A DNA stretch of 64,000 nucleotides from an uncultured Gemmataceae bacterium (lineage in GTDB: Bacteria > Planctomycetota > Planctomycetia > Gemmatales > Gemmataceae): positions 1,888,001 through 1,952,000 of the forward strand of contig CAVVPN010000003.1 in NCBI GenBank assembly GCA_963750165.1. The letters run 5' to 3'. Numbering within the stretch: position 1 is the stretch's first letter; each line of letters begins with the position of its first letter. Of this stretch, positions 10,701 to 21,494 are shown piece by piece. Position numbers and translations under genes: made by a program. Below the pieces are notes generated by a model that made no database searches, was not told the DNA's origin, and saw nothing but the letters and a program-made list of their open reading frames with translations.

Positions 10701-13700
10701 CACCACCTTCAGCACCGCCAGCCTGGGCGTCAACAGCAGCAGCAGCCACATCGAGGTCGTCGCCGGCGGCCGCCTCCAGGCCAGCAGCTGCTCCTTCACC
10801 CTCGGCTACCTGGAGCTGGACAACGGCAGCGTCCTCGGCGCCGGCGACCTGGCCGGCAACACCTACAACAGCCCGCTGTACCTGCCCGCCACCGAGGTGC
10901 AGTATTTGTCCGGCACCGGCACCACCCAGTACTTCCAGGCCGTGAACATCCTCGGCGGCACCCTCGCCGCCGGCCAGACCCTGGCGCTGAACGCCATCAG
11001 CGCCACGCCGGGCAGCCTCACCTACGTCTTCCCCAGCGGCTTCACCGTCGCCTACGGCGCCACCGTCACGGTGGCGGCCAACGTCAGCGTCCAGCTCGGC
11101 GGCGGCCAGACGTTCACCGACGGCGGCACCGTGAGCCTCGCGGCCGGCGACACCTGGACGTTCAACTACGCCTACTCGGCGACGGCGCAACTGGTGGTCG
11201 GCAACACCAACGGCACCGGCGGCCTGCTGACCGCCGCCGGCACCACCTTTAACACCACCAGCCTGGGCGTCAACGGCAGCGGCAGCCAGTTCTCTGTGAA
11301 TTACGGCGGCTACCTGAACGCAACCACCAGTAGCTTTTCATTGTCTAGCCTGAACTTGAACGGCGGCTCAACCGATACTCTTCAAACAGATGCCATCTCA
11401 GGCAACCTCGCGATCAATAGCGGCGCGTCGATCAGCATCACCGGCAACAACTTCAGCAACATCGGCAACAACGGCGTCATCGCCACAGGCGTTTCCACCG
11501 CCACGATCAATCTGCCCAACAACTATTGGGGCACCACAATCGTCGCGAACATTCTGGCCAAACTCCTGGACCATCACCAGGACTCCACCCGCCCAACCGT
11601 GAACTACGGCAACTACCTGACCGCAGCGCCCGCCGCCATCACGGGCCAGGTGTTCAACGACCTCAACGGCAACGGGATCCAGGACAACGGCGAGCCGGCC
11701 CTCGGCGGCGTGCTCGTTTACATTGACGCCAACAATAACGGCGTCTTCGACAGCGGCGAAACGAGCACGGTGTCTCAGCCCAACGGCCAATACGCCTTTT
11801 ACGGCCTGGCTCCAGGCACCTACGTCGTCCGCGAAGTCGCGCCGCTGTCGAACATCCAGACCGCGCCGACGGCCAGCGCCGCGACGACGACGGTTTACTT
11901 CGACGGCACCGGCGCGGAAGTGGGCATCACCACCGCCGGCACCACCAGCTTCATCTTCAACGGCGCCAGTTTCAGCGGCGGCGCCGTCTTCTCCCCGGGT
12001 CAGGCGGCCCTGCTCGCCTCGGGCACCCAGGCGTACAACGCCAGCAGCGGCAATGCCGCCGTCTCGTTCCTGTACCCCATCGCCTCCGTGTCGTTCTTCT
12101 ACGTCCACGGGTCCGGCTTCGCGGCCGGCACCGCCACCGCCTACGGCGCCGACGGCAGCGTCCTCGGCACGGTCAACAGCAAGGCGGCCACCACGAACAA
12201 CGACCCGGCTAACTTCGTGACCCTCGGCGGCTTCGCCCAGCCGATCGCGCGTGTCGCCTTCTCCGCCGGCGTCATCGACAACTTCACCTTCACCACCGCG
12301 GCGAACAACCAGGGCTACTACGTCCAGGTGCAGGCCGGTCAGACAATCCCCAACATCAACTTCGGGGACATGCACGGCAGCGCCTTCCAGGTGGGCTCCG
12401 CCACGCTCTCGGGCAACGCCGTCCAGCTGGTCTTCAGCGAACCCATCGACCCCAATACCACCCAGCTCTACTACAGCCCCGGCGCCACGGCGGTCACGCC
12501 CGACGTCAGCCTCATTGGCCCCGGCGGCAGCGTCAAGGGCTCGCTGGTCCTCGACGCCACCAACCCCAATGTCGCCACCTTCGTCGCCACCGCCGGCCCC
12601 CTCGCCGCCGGCAGTTACCTCGTCGGCGTCACCACCGCTGTCCAGGCCGTCGGCGGCGCCACCCTCGCCGCCAACTTCAGCCACGCCCTCACCGCGGCGA
12701 CACCCATGCCGGTGGTCACGGCCGCCAACTTCGCCCGCGGCCCTGGCGAGACCGTCAACGTGCCCAACACCAGCACCGGACTGCCCATCACGGTCAACGG
12801 CCTCACCGCCGCCGTCCAGTCCATCTCCTTCACCCTGACCTATGACCCGACGATTCTCACCGTGACGGCGGCCGCCCTCTCGTCCGACGCCGCCACCAAT
12901 GGCAACCTCGTCCTCAACCCGATCACCTTCACCAGCATTGACGCCCACCACATGCAGATCGCGTTCACTGTCGTCGGCGGCACGGGCGGCGGCCACTGGA
13001 ACCCCAGCGGCGGCGCCGGCACACTCTTGACCCTGACCGCCACCGTCCCCAGCAACGCCCCTTACACCCAGAAAGCCCTGCTCGCCACGCAAAGCGTCCT
13101 CATCAACGGCACGGCGGCCCAGGGCGATGACGCCGTGGACATCAACGCCTATCCCGGCGATGTCCACGCCGACGGGCAATACACCGGCCTGGACGCCACT
13201 CTGATCTCCCGGGTCGTCACCGGCCAGGGCACCGGCTTCAGCCCCTTCAAGGATCTTGACCCCTGGATCATCGGCAGCGTCACGGGCAGCTCCACCCTCA
13301 CCGTCACCGGCCTGGACGCCACCGACGTTTCCAAGGCCGTCGTCGGCTCCTACCCCGGCGCCATCCCGCAGCTGCCCACCGGCATCACCATCACCGGCCC
13401 GACCGGCCCCGACCCGCGTCTCTACCTCGCCGCCGCCAGCGGCAGCGCCGGCCAAACGGTCACCGTGCAAGAGCGGCTCGACGTGACGGCGCAATCGGGC
13501 GCCGAGATCGACGCCATCGATTCGGTCATCGAGTACGACCCCAGCAAGTTCACCGTCGCCAATCTCCGCGCTGGCTCCCTGCTGCCGGGCTATCTCGTGG
13601 TCAGCAACATCGACGCCGTGCAGGGCGTCATCCGCGTCACCGAGTTCTCCCCCAGCCCGGTGCAGGCCGCGTTCGGCACCGACGGCGCCGTGCTGCTCCT

Positions 13701-14253
13701 GGACTTCACCGTCAAGGCCGCCGCCACGCCCGGCCCGTCGCCACTGGTGCTCGCCGCCAACGACGGCGGCACCGCCACGGCGGCCTACAACGCCGCCGGC
13801 GCGCTGACCCTCAGTCCGGCCCCGCGGAATCCGAACCAGCTGCCCATCAGCGGCGGCACCGTGACGCCCTTCGTCGCCGACGTGGACAGCTACTTCACCG
13901 TCAGCGGCCCCGTCGGCGCGCCCAGCAGCAAGCCGACCCCGACCGCGGTCACCGGCGACAAGAGCCCGGTCACACTCAGTCCAGTGCTCGTCCCGGGGGT
14001 GAGCGCCGTCCCACCGGTCCCGCCGCCGTACAACACTCTGCCCGCGGCCACGGGCGTCTCGACCGGCACAGTGGGAACCCTCATCCCGCTGAGCGCCACC
14101 GACGAATTCTGGCGGCGCTACGGCGACCCGGGCGCGCCCGGCCTGAGCGATGACGTGGCCGCCGCCGAGAACCTCGCCCCAGTTGAGGCGGAGTCTCTGG
14201 GGTCCGCGGACCAGGTGTGGACGCTGGCGCAGAATGTGTTGAAGGCGACTTGA
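7784..14253 (+). CDS. Giant secreted surface protein: LEDR N-terminus, 180-aa repeats, SdrD-B-like, cohesin- and dockerin-like domains (frameshift near 8065)
   Basis: VEQLEDRLTP in ORF 7670-8119 joins ORF 8122-14253 by one indel. GQVFNDLNGNGIQDNGEP, FTLTYDPTILTV and GDVHADGQYTGLDA motifs. Confidence 0.8.
8395..11283 (+). repeat. Intragenic tandem repeat, about 5.4 copies of 534/540 bp
   Basis: GTCCAGCTC unit marker at 8401, 8941, 9475, 10009, 10549 and 11089; units are near-identical. Confidence 0.97.
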
Positions 14254-14293
14254 CCTGCTGCGACAGGCATGCGTCGCCACCGGGGGCTGACCG

Positions 14294-16876
14294 TCATGGC
14301 ACGTCGCTGTGGGGAAGGACTTCCCCACAGCGACGTAGCACAGCCTGCGCCTGCACCGTCAGCCACACCCCCGGCGCCCCGTCGGCCAGCGCCCGCAGCA
14401 GCCGCCGCGCCCCGGCGTCCTGCATCCGCTCCAGCGCCTCCAGGGCGCGCACCGTTTGCAGACGCCCGCCCGACAGGTTGGTGCCGTCGAAGGGCTCCAG
14501 CAGCGGCGCGACACGGCGGCGGACTTCCAGCGGGGGGCTGCCCGCCAGGAGCGCACGCAGGACTGGCTCAGCGGCGGAGCCCAGCTTGCGCAGGTCGTCC
14601 GCCGCCTTCTGCCGCTCGGTGAATTTCGCACTCCCCAGCGCCGCGCGGTACTGCGCAACCACTTCCGCTTTGGCCGGCTGCACCGGCCGCAGGCGCTCTG
14701 TGAGGAAGGGCACTGCCTGCGCCGGCGCGGCGGCCAACTTCCAGGTCGCCGCATATGCCTTGGCCGCGTCGTCCCCGGCGAGGACGGCCCACAGGCCCTT
14801 GAGTTGTGCGGCCGTCAGCGGCGCGGCGGGCAGCTTTGGAGGAGGAGGCACCGGCCAGACCAGGGCGGTCGAGTCCCAGCTCAGCGACGCCAGGGTCTTG
14901 CCGTCCCCGGCGAACGCCAGCGCATGCACCGCGCCGCGGTGGCCGTCCAGGCGGCCCACCTCCTTTTGCGCCGCCAGATCCCACAGGGTCACGCTGCCGT
15001 CCTGGGGCATGTGGTCCTGGTGCCGGTACTCCTCCGCGTCCGGGCCGGTCATGAACGCCTGAAACCGACTACTGCCGCCGCCGGTGGCCAGGGTGCGGCC
15101 GTCGGCGGCGAACGCCAGCGCCGAGACAGACTTCTGCTTGCCGCGCAGCCGGTAGCGCAGGCCGCCGGTAGCCACCTCCCAGACGCAGATGTTGCCGTCA
15201 TCATTGCCGGCGGCCAGGCTGCGGCCGTCGGGCGAGAAGGTCAGGCCGAAGGTCGGCGTGTGCTTGAAGCCGGCGCAGACGCGGAGATTCCTGCCCGTCG
15301 CCGTCTCCCAGATCTCGACGTTCTGGCTCCCCCCTGCCGGGCCGTAGACCGCGACAGCCAGCAGTCGGCCGTCCGGGGACAGGGCCAGGGCGCCGAAGTG
15401 CCGGCCCAGCCCAGCCCCACCTTCGAGAACCCGGAGTTCCTTGCTGGCAGCCAGGTCCCAGACGTGGACGGCTCCGTCGTATATCTCGAACACAAGGGTG
15501 CGCCCGTCCCGCGACACCGCCGCGCGGCGGAGCGGGAACGGCTGGTCGCCGAGCGGCACCAGTTCCTTGCCCGTGACCGCGTCCAGCACCTGCGACCGCT
15601 TCACGTTGTCGAGCACCACCAGCCGCTTGCCGTCCGGCGACAGCTGCATGGTGGCGTTCTCCGAGAAGCGCACCGGCGCCGTGAGAGTGACGCGGCCTGT
15701 CACGGCGTCGTGCAGTCGCACCGTGCCGTCCAGGTTGCACACCGCCAGTCGCTTGCCGTCCCGCGACAGATCCACGGCCTGGGCCATCCCCGACGCTCCC
15801 AGCAGCGGCAGCAGGTCGTTGCCCGTGGCGACGGAGCGCAGGCGGATGGCGCAATCCCACCCCGCCGACGCCAGCGTCTGGCCGTCGGGCGACAGGGCGA
15901 CAGCGTAGGTGCCACCGTCGAAGTTGAACCGGCGGACGACGCGGCCGGTGGCCGCGTCCAGAACCTGGGGCGGCACGGGCGGGAAATTGGACCCGAAGTT
16001 CGGGCACACCGCCAGCCGCGTGCCGTCGGCGCTGAAGGCCACGCCGATGCCGTGGACTTCCTTGTCCGCGCAGGGCGACCTTGCCCGTGGCCGCATCCCA
16101 GAGGTGGACGGGCAGCAGTGCCGTGCCGGAGACCGAACGGGGTTCGCCGTGCGCCGAGGCCAGCCGTTTGCCGTCCGGGGAAAACGCCAGGCCGTGGACC
16201 GGCTCGGCCGGCGTCGTCCGCAGCGCTTTCAGCTTCTTGCCGGTGTCCACGTCCCACAGGCACAGCACCTGGTTCCTGCCGCCGGAGGCGAGCGTCTTGC
16301 CGTCCGGGCTGAACGCCACCGCGAGGACGCTCAGCTTGTCGGCGAATTGGCGCAGTTCCTTGCCGGTGGCCGCGTCCCACAGGCGCACCTTGCCGTCCTT
16401 GCCGCCCGAGGCGACGCGCTTGCCGTCTGGCGAAAACGCGACGCAGTACACCGGCGCCTTGTGATCGTCCCGGCTCCACAGTTGCTTGCCGGTGGCGGCC
16501 TCCCACAGGCGCACGGTCTGGTCGCGGCCGGCGGTGACGACGTGCTGGCCGTCGGGGGACAGGGCGAGGGCGAACACGGCGTCGGTGTGGCCCTCCAGGC
16601 GGTGTAGCAATTTGCCGGTGGCGGCGTCCCACAGACAGATCGTCCGGTCATGGCTGGCGGAGGCGAGCACCTTGCCGTCGCGTGAGTACGCCAGGGCGGT
16701 GACGGGGCCGGCGTGCCGCAGCCGCGTGGTGCCGACGCGCGCAGCGCCCCCGGCGGCAGCGCGTCGCCGTGGACATCGGTGCGCGGCTGCTGGGCCGCGG
16801 CAGGCCCCGATAGCGCGACCGCCAGCGGCACGAGCCACACCGACAACCAAACTTGCCAACGGGCATCGACCTTCAT
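14294..16876 (-). CDS. Secreted WD40-repeat protein with HEAT-like C-terminus (frameshifts near 16740 and 16080)
   Basis: Signal peptide, DVHGDALPPGA..RVGTTRLRH, many AFSPDG..LWD repeats. ORFs 16331-19468, 15201-16859 and 14294-16096 piece together. Confidence 0.8.
14301..14336. repeat. Perfect 17-bp inverted repeat inside the WD40 gene 3' end (possible bidirectional terminator)
   Basis: ACGTCGCTGTGGGGAAG-GA-CTTCCCCACAGCGACGT at a convergent gene junction. Confidence 0.85.
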
Positions 16877-19450
16877 GGCATGTCCTCCTTTGGAAGTCCT
16901 TCCCCGCAGCGCTGCAGCGCGGCCTGCGCCTGCACCGTCAGCCACACCACCGGCGCCCCGTCGGCCAGCGTCCGCAGCAACCGCCGCGCCTCGGCGTCGC
17001 CGATGCGTTCCAGCAATTCCAGTGCTCGCAGGGTGCGCAGCCGCTCCCGGGGGTTGGCGTGCTCCAGAAGTGCGAGCAGGGCCTCCACACGGCGGCGAAC
17101 CTCCAGCGGCGGTTGGGCCGCGAGCAGCGGACGCAAGATGGCCGCGCCCGCCGGCCCCAGGCGGCGGAGGTCGTCGGTCGCCTGCTGCCGCACCTGATAC
17201 TTGCCGCTCGCCAGCGCCTGCCGGTAGCGCCGCGACCTCAGCGGCCTTCACCGGCGCCACGGGCCGGAGGTGCTTGCGCAGCAGCGGGAGGGCCTGTTTG
17301 GGCACGGCGGCCAGTTTCCACAGCGCCGCATATGCTTTGGCCGCGTCGTCCCCGGCGAGGACGGCCCACAAGTCCTTCAGCCGCGCCGGGGTCAGAGGGG
17401 CAACCGCCGCGGTCGGCGGCGCGGGAACGGCCCAGACCACGGCGGTGCCGTCTCCGCTCTGCGATGCCAGCGTCCGGCCGTCGGCCGCGAACGCCAGCGC
17501 TTGCACCGCCTGACGGTGATCGTGCAACCGACCGAGCAACCGTTGCCCCGCCAGGTCCCACAGGACAATGCCGCCTTCCTCGGGCCAGGTGGGCCGGTGA
17601 CGGTCCTCTTCCCCAATCGGATCAAACAAGAAACTGCCGTACCCACTGCCCACGGCCAGGGTGCGGCCGTCCTCGGAAAGGGCCAACACACTCGCGAAGG
17701 GTTGCTCCGCCGGCAGCCGGCAGCGCAGGCCGCCGGTCGCTGCCTCCAGGACGCAGACGCCGCCGCCGTCGTCGGCCGCGACGAGGCTGCGGCCGTCTGG
17801 GCTGAAGGTCAGGCTGAGTCTGTATCTCGGGATGGTGCCGAAGGGAATGTTCACGACGCGCAGCCGTTTCCCCGTACCTGTCTCCCACAGTTCCAGGGGC
17901 GGATCCTTGAAGAAGGTCGCGCTCAGCCGTTGACTGGTGATGGCCAGCACGGAACCGTCTGGGGACAGGGCCATGGCCGAGTTGAACAAATAATCGTCCC
18001 ATAGCGGATCAATTTCCCGGACCTTCTTGCCGCGGACCACGTCCCACACCTGGAACGTCCGGTCCTTCATCGCCAGCACCAGGGTGCGGCCGTCCCGGGA
18101 CAGGGCCCAGCGTGGTACGTCCCGCCGCGGTTCGCCGAGGGCCAGCCATTCCTTGCCCGTCACCCAGTCCGTCACCCGCCTCTGCTGCCTGGACCCACTT
18201 ACAACGACCCGCGGACTGTCCGCCGAAAACCGGGGCAGGAACAGGTCCGGGAAGTTCCGTGTCAGAGCGTGGGAGGCGCCGGTAACGGTGTCGTGCAACC
18301 GGACGGCGCCGGCCTCATTGGCGCTGGCCAGCCACCGGCCGTTGCGCGCCAGGGCCATCCGGGCGACCGTGGCGGCGGACAGGGACGGCAGACGGTCCTT
18401 GCCCGTGGCGACCGCCCACAAGCGAATCCCGCCCGAACGTCCCGCCGCGGCCGCCGTCTGTCCGTCCGGCGCCAGGGCAACAGCGTAGGTGCCGGCGCCG
18501 ATGCCGAACTGGTGCGCGACCCGGCCGGTATCGGCGTCCAGGATGCGGAGCTGGCCATCCTCGGTGTTCGGGCAGACCGCCAGGCGCTTGCCGTCCCGGC
18601 TGAAGGCGACCTCGATGCCGGCGCTGTCCCGGTCCGCCCGCACGGCGAGCTTGCCCGTGGCCGCGTCCCACAGGTGGACGGCGGCCGCGCCGTGCGCCGC
18701 GGCGAGCCGCTTGCCGTCCGGCGACCAGGCCAGGCCGTGGACCGCCGCGGCCGGCGTGCTCCGCAACTCCCGGAGCTTCTTGCCGGTCTTCACGTCCCAG
18801 AGCCGAACGGCGTTGTTCTGGCCGCCGGTGGCCAGCGTCTTGCCGTCCGGGGAAAACGCCACCGCGAAGACCCGGGCATTCGGCACCGCGACGGCTCCCA
18901 TGACTACTACGCCCGTGCCGTCCGCGGGGTCGGTGTAATGGTCCCGTTGCTTGCCGGTGGCCGCGTCCCATAGCCGCACCTTCGCGTCCAGGCCGCCCGA
19001 GGCGATGGTGGCACTGTCGGGCGAGAAGGCGACGCAGTACGCCGGCCCGTTGTGGCCCTCCCCACACCACAGCAGTTTGCCATTGGCAGTGTCCCACAAC
19101 CACACGCTCCCGTCGCTCTCGGCGGTGGCGACGCGCTTGCCGTCCGGGGACAGGGCGAGGGCGAACACAGCATGCCTGTGGCCCTCCAGGCGGCGCAGCA
19201 ACTTGCCGGTGGCCGCGTCCCAGAAACAGATCGTCCGGTCGTGGCTGGCGGAGGCGATGACCTTGCCGTCGCGCGTGAACGCCAGACTGCTGACGGGGCC
19301 TGCGTGCCGCAGTCGCGTGCTGCCGATGCGTGCCAGCGCCCCGGGCGGCAGCGGGTCGCCGTGGACATCGACACGCAGTTTGTCCTGGCCCGCGGCCATC
19401 CCCGGGACGAGCAACAGCACCAACCAGAACCCTCGGAGTGCGACGTGCAT
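16873..19450 (-). CDS. Secreted WD40-repeat protein, paralog of 14294-16876 (frameshift near 17225)
   Basis: DVHGDPLPPGALARIGSTRLRH and WD repeats. C-terminus lies in ORF 16873-17193; ATGA overlap with the next gene. Confidence 0.85.
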
Positions 19451-19545
19451 GAGATCCCTCCGTGTCAATTGCCTCGATGCATTGGCCCCATGTTACCCGA
19501 TGTGGTCCGGTGATCGCCAGTGACGTGGCAACCTCGACGGGCGGT

Positions 19546-19719
19546 TCACTTTTGCAGGATGAGTTTGTTGCGCCGGGTGATCCGCAGCCGGTAGCGCACG
19601 CCGGCGTGCTCGATCCAAACTTCGCGCGCGCCGCGAAAGATTTTCCGGGCGTCGATGACCGGGGGCGAGGCCGGTCGGGGCCGCGGGCCCGGTTCCTGAC
19701 GGTCGTCGGTTTCGGCCAT
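19546..19719 (-). CDS. hemP: Hemin uptake protein HemP family
   Basis: IDARKIFRGAREVWIEHAGVRYRLRITRRNKLILQK matches the HemP signature. Confidence 0.85.
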   Translation of the reverse strand: MAETDDRQEPGPRPRPASPPVIDARKIFRGAREVWIEHAGVRYRLRITRRNKLILQK

Positions 19720-19811
19720 GACACCCCCCCTTGATCGATGGGCACGACACACCGGTTGTTCTAGAGCGGTTCACGCACGGTTTGCACACGAGTGGGCGGC
19801 GGGCACGGGCT

Positions 19812-19996
19812 GACCACCAGCGGCCTGCATTGCCACAGCAAGGGGGCCAAGGAGGCCAAGGGGGCCAACTTTTTCGCACGTCGAGAATTGGCGCCCTTGC
19901 CCCGCACGGCTGGCACGGCGCGACCACCACTGGCGGCGGTTGCCACAGCAAGAACGCCAAGGACGCCAAGAACGCCAACTTTTTCACACGTCGAGA
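19812..19996. repeat. Two imperfect direct repeats (110-bp period) with internal 9-bp GCCAAG units
   Basis: TTGCCACAGCAAG..GCCAAG..GCCAACTTTTT..CACGTCGAGA at 19830 and 19940. Confidence 0.85.
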
Positions 19997-20171
19997 TTCG
20001 CCGCCTGGCAGCGCCGGCCTGCCGTTCGTGGTCCACACAACTGCGAACCACTCTAGGTTATTGAGATTGTATGTCAACAATTTTGTTCCAACAACTGCGA
20101 ACACAGCCGGTCCTGGTTCTGAAGCATTTGCCTCGTCCACTGATTTCTCCAGGTTTTCTTGTGGAATAGTG

Positions 20172-20240
20172 TTGACAGGGGCGCATGGTGTTTCTAGGAT
20201 GAACCGTGTTGATGAGAATCAATCTCAATAATTGAGATTG
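20172..20240 (+). promoter_or_regulatory. Sigma70 promoter with downstream Fur-like operator
   Basis: TTGACA(20172)-17 bp-TAGGAT(20195). TGAGA-N5-TCTCA at 20213-20227 and palindrome CAATCTCAAT-A-ATTGAGATTG at 20220-20240. Confidence 0.7.
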
Positions 20241-20346
20241 ACCCAACTTGCCGCGAGGCTGCTTCGCCGCCGCCGTGGGGCGTCCTCCGCCCCGCTTCCG
20301 TTCGCAACGCACCTCACCATTGCCATCCCGAAAGGAGTGTGTTGCC

Positions 20347-21390
20347 GTGCGCGCGCGAACCCCTCGCTCCGCCTTCACCCTGATCGAATTGCTGGTGGTG
20401 ATCGCGATCATCGCCGTACTGGTCGGCCTGCTCGTGCCCGCCGTCCAGAAAGTCCGCGCGGCGGCGGCACATGTCGCCTGCACGAACAATCTCAAGCAAC
20501 TCGGCGTGGCGCTGCACAATTACATGGACGAGCAGAAACGCCTGCCGCCCAACGGCGTCTATGCGTTCAACGGCGCCGCGGTGACGCAGACCTCGCCCTG
20601 GTCGGCCCTGTCCCGGCTGCTGCCCTACGTCGAACAGGAGAACCTGTTCCGCGGCATTGACTTCACGACCCCGTACAGTGCGCAGCCCAACATCACGTCG
20701 CAGCGCGTTGCCACGTACCTCTGTCCCAGTGAGCCGAACGACCGGGGCAGCGGCACCGACCCCGTCTACGGGAACAGGAACTGGACGCTTAACTACGCCG
20801 TCAACCTGGGGACGTGGGCGGTGCTGACGAAGAAGGGGACCACGCTCCAGGGGGGCGACGGCGCCTTCAGCCCGAACGTGGGGTTCGCGCCGCGCGACTT
20901 CCGCGACGGCCTGAGCAACACCCTGGCGGTCGCCGAAGTGAAGGCCTACACCACGCGCGTCAGCGGCAGCCCCAACACCGTGACGTTTGCCGTCGCGCCG
21001 CCGCCCCCGGCCGCGCCCGCGGCCCTGCTCGCGGCGCCCCCCTTTGGGATGTCCGGGCTCGCACTGGCCGCCTTCGACCCCACGAAACAAACGCACGTCG
21101 AGTGGGTGGACGGCAAGGTGCATGAGACGGGGTTCACCACCGCGTTCCCGCCGAACACCCTGGTGGCGTTTTCATCCGACGGCAGCACATTCGACGTGGA
21201 TTTCATCAGCGCCACGGAAACCAGCCCGGGAGACACCTACGCCGCGGTGACGGCGCGGAGTTATCACGCGGGGGTGGTGAACGTGCTGCTGATGGACGGC
21301 TCGGTGCGCGCCGTGAGCAACGGCATTGCCCCCGGCACCTGGCGGGCGCTGGGTACCCGGGCCCGGGGCGAGGTGGTTGAGGATTATTGA
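20347..21390 (+). CDS. DUF1559 domain protein with prepilin-type N-terminal cleavage motif
   Basis: AFTLIELLVVIAIIAVLVGLLVPAVQKVR..CTNNLKQ and HAGVVNVLLMDGSV; AAAGGAG RBS. Confidence 0.93.
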   Translation: MRARTPRSAFTLIELLVVIAIIAVLVGLLVPAVQKVRAAAAHVACTNNLKQLGVALHNYMDEQKRLPPNGVYAFNGAAVTQTSPWSALSRLLPYVEQENLFRGIDFTTPYSAQPNITSQRVATYLCPSEPNDRGSGTDPVYGNRNWTLNYAVNLGTWAVLTKKGTTLQGGDGAFSPNVGFAPRDFRDGLSNTLAVAEVKAYTTRVSGSPNTVTFAVAPPPPAAPAALLAAPPFGMSGLALAAFDPTKQTHVEWVDGKVHETGFTTAFPPNTLVAFSSDGSTFDVDFISATETSPGDTYAAVTARSYHAGVVNVLLMDGSVRAVSNGIAPGTWRALGTRARGEVVEDY

Positions 21391-21494
21391 CGCCGCGGGG
21401 TGTGCAAGTCCGGGACCAGCGTGCGTTCCCCTGGCGTCGGGGCTGCAACACATGACCCAAACCACCTACCCGACGACCCACCCCACGACCTGCC

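Noticed and set aside
8395..11283. CRISPR or ncRNA array
   Set aside because: The repeats are in-frame 534/540-bp coding units with no unique spacers.
7837..14328. Long minus-strand ORFs (1117 aa and 976 aa)
   Set aside because: Antisense shadows of the high-GC3 surface-protein gene.
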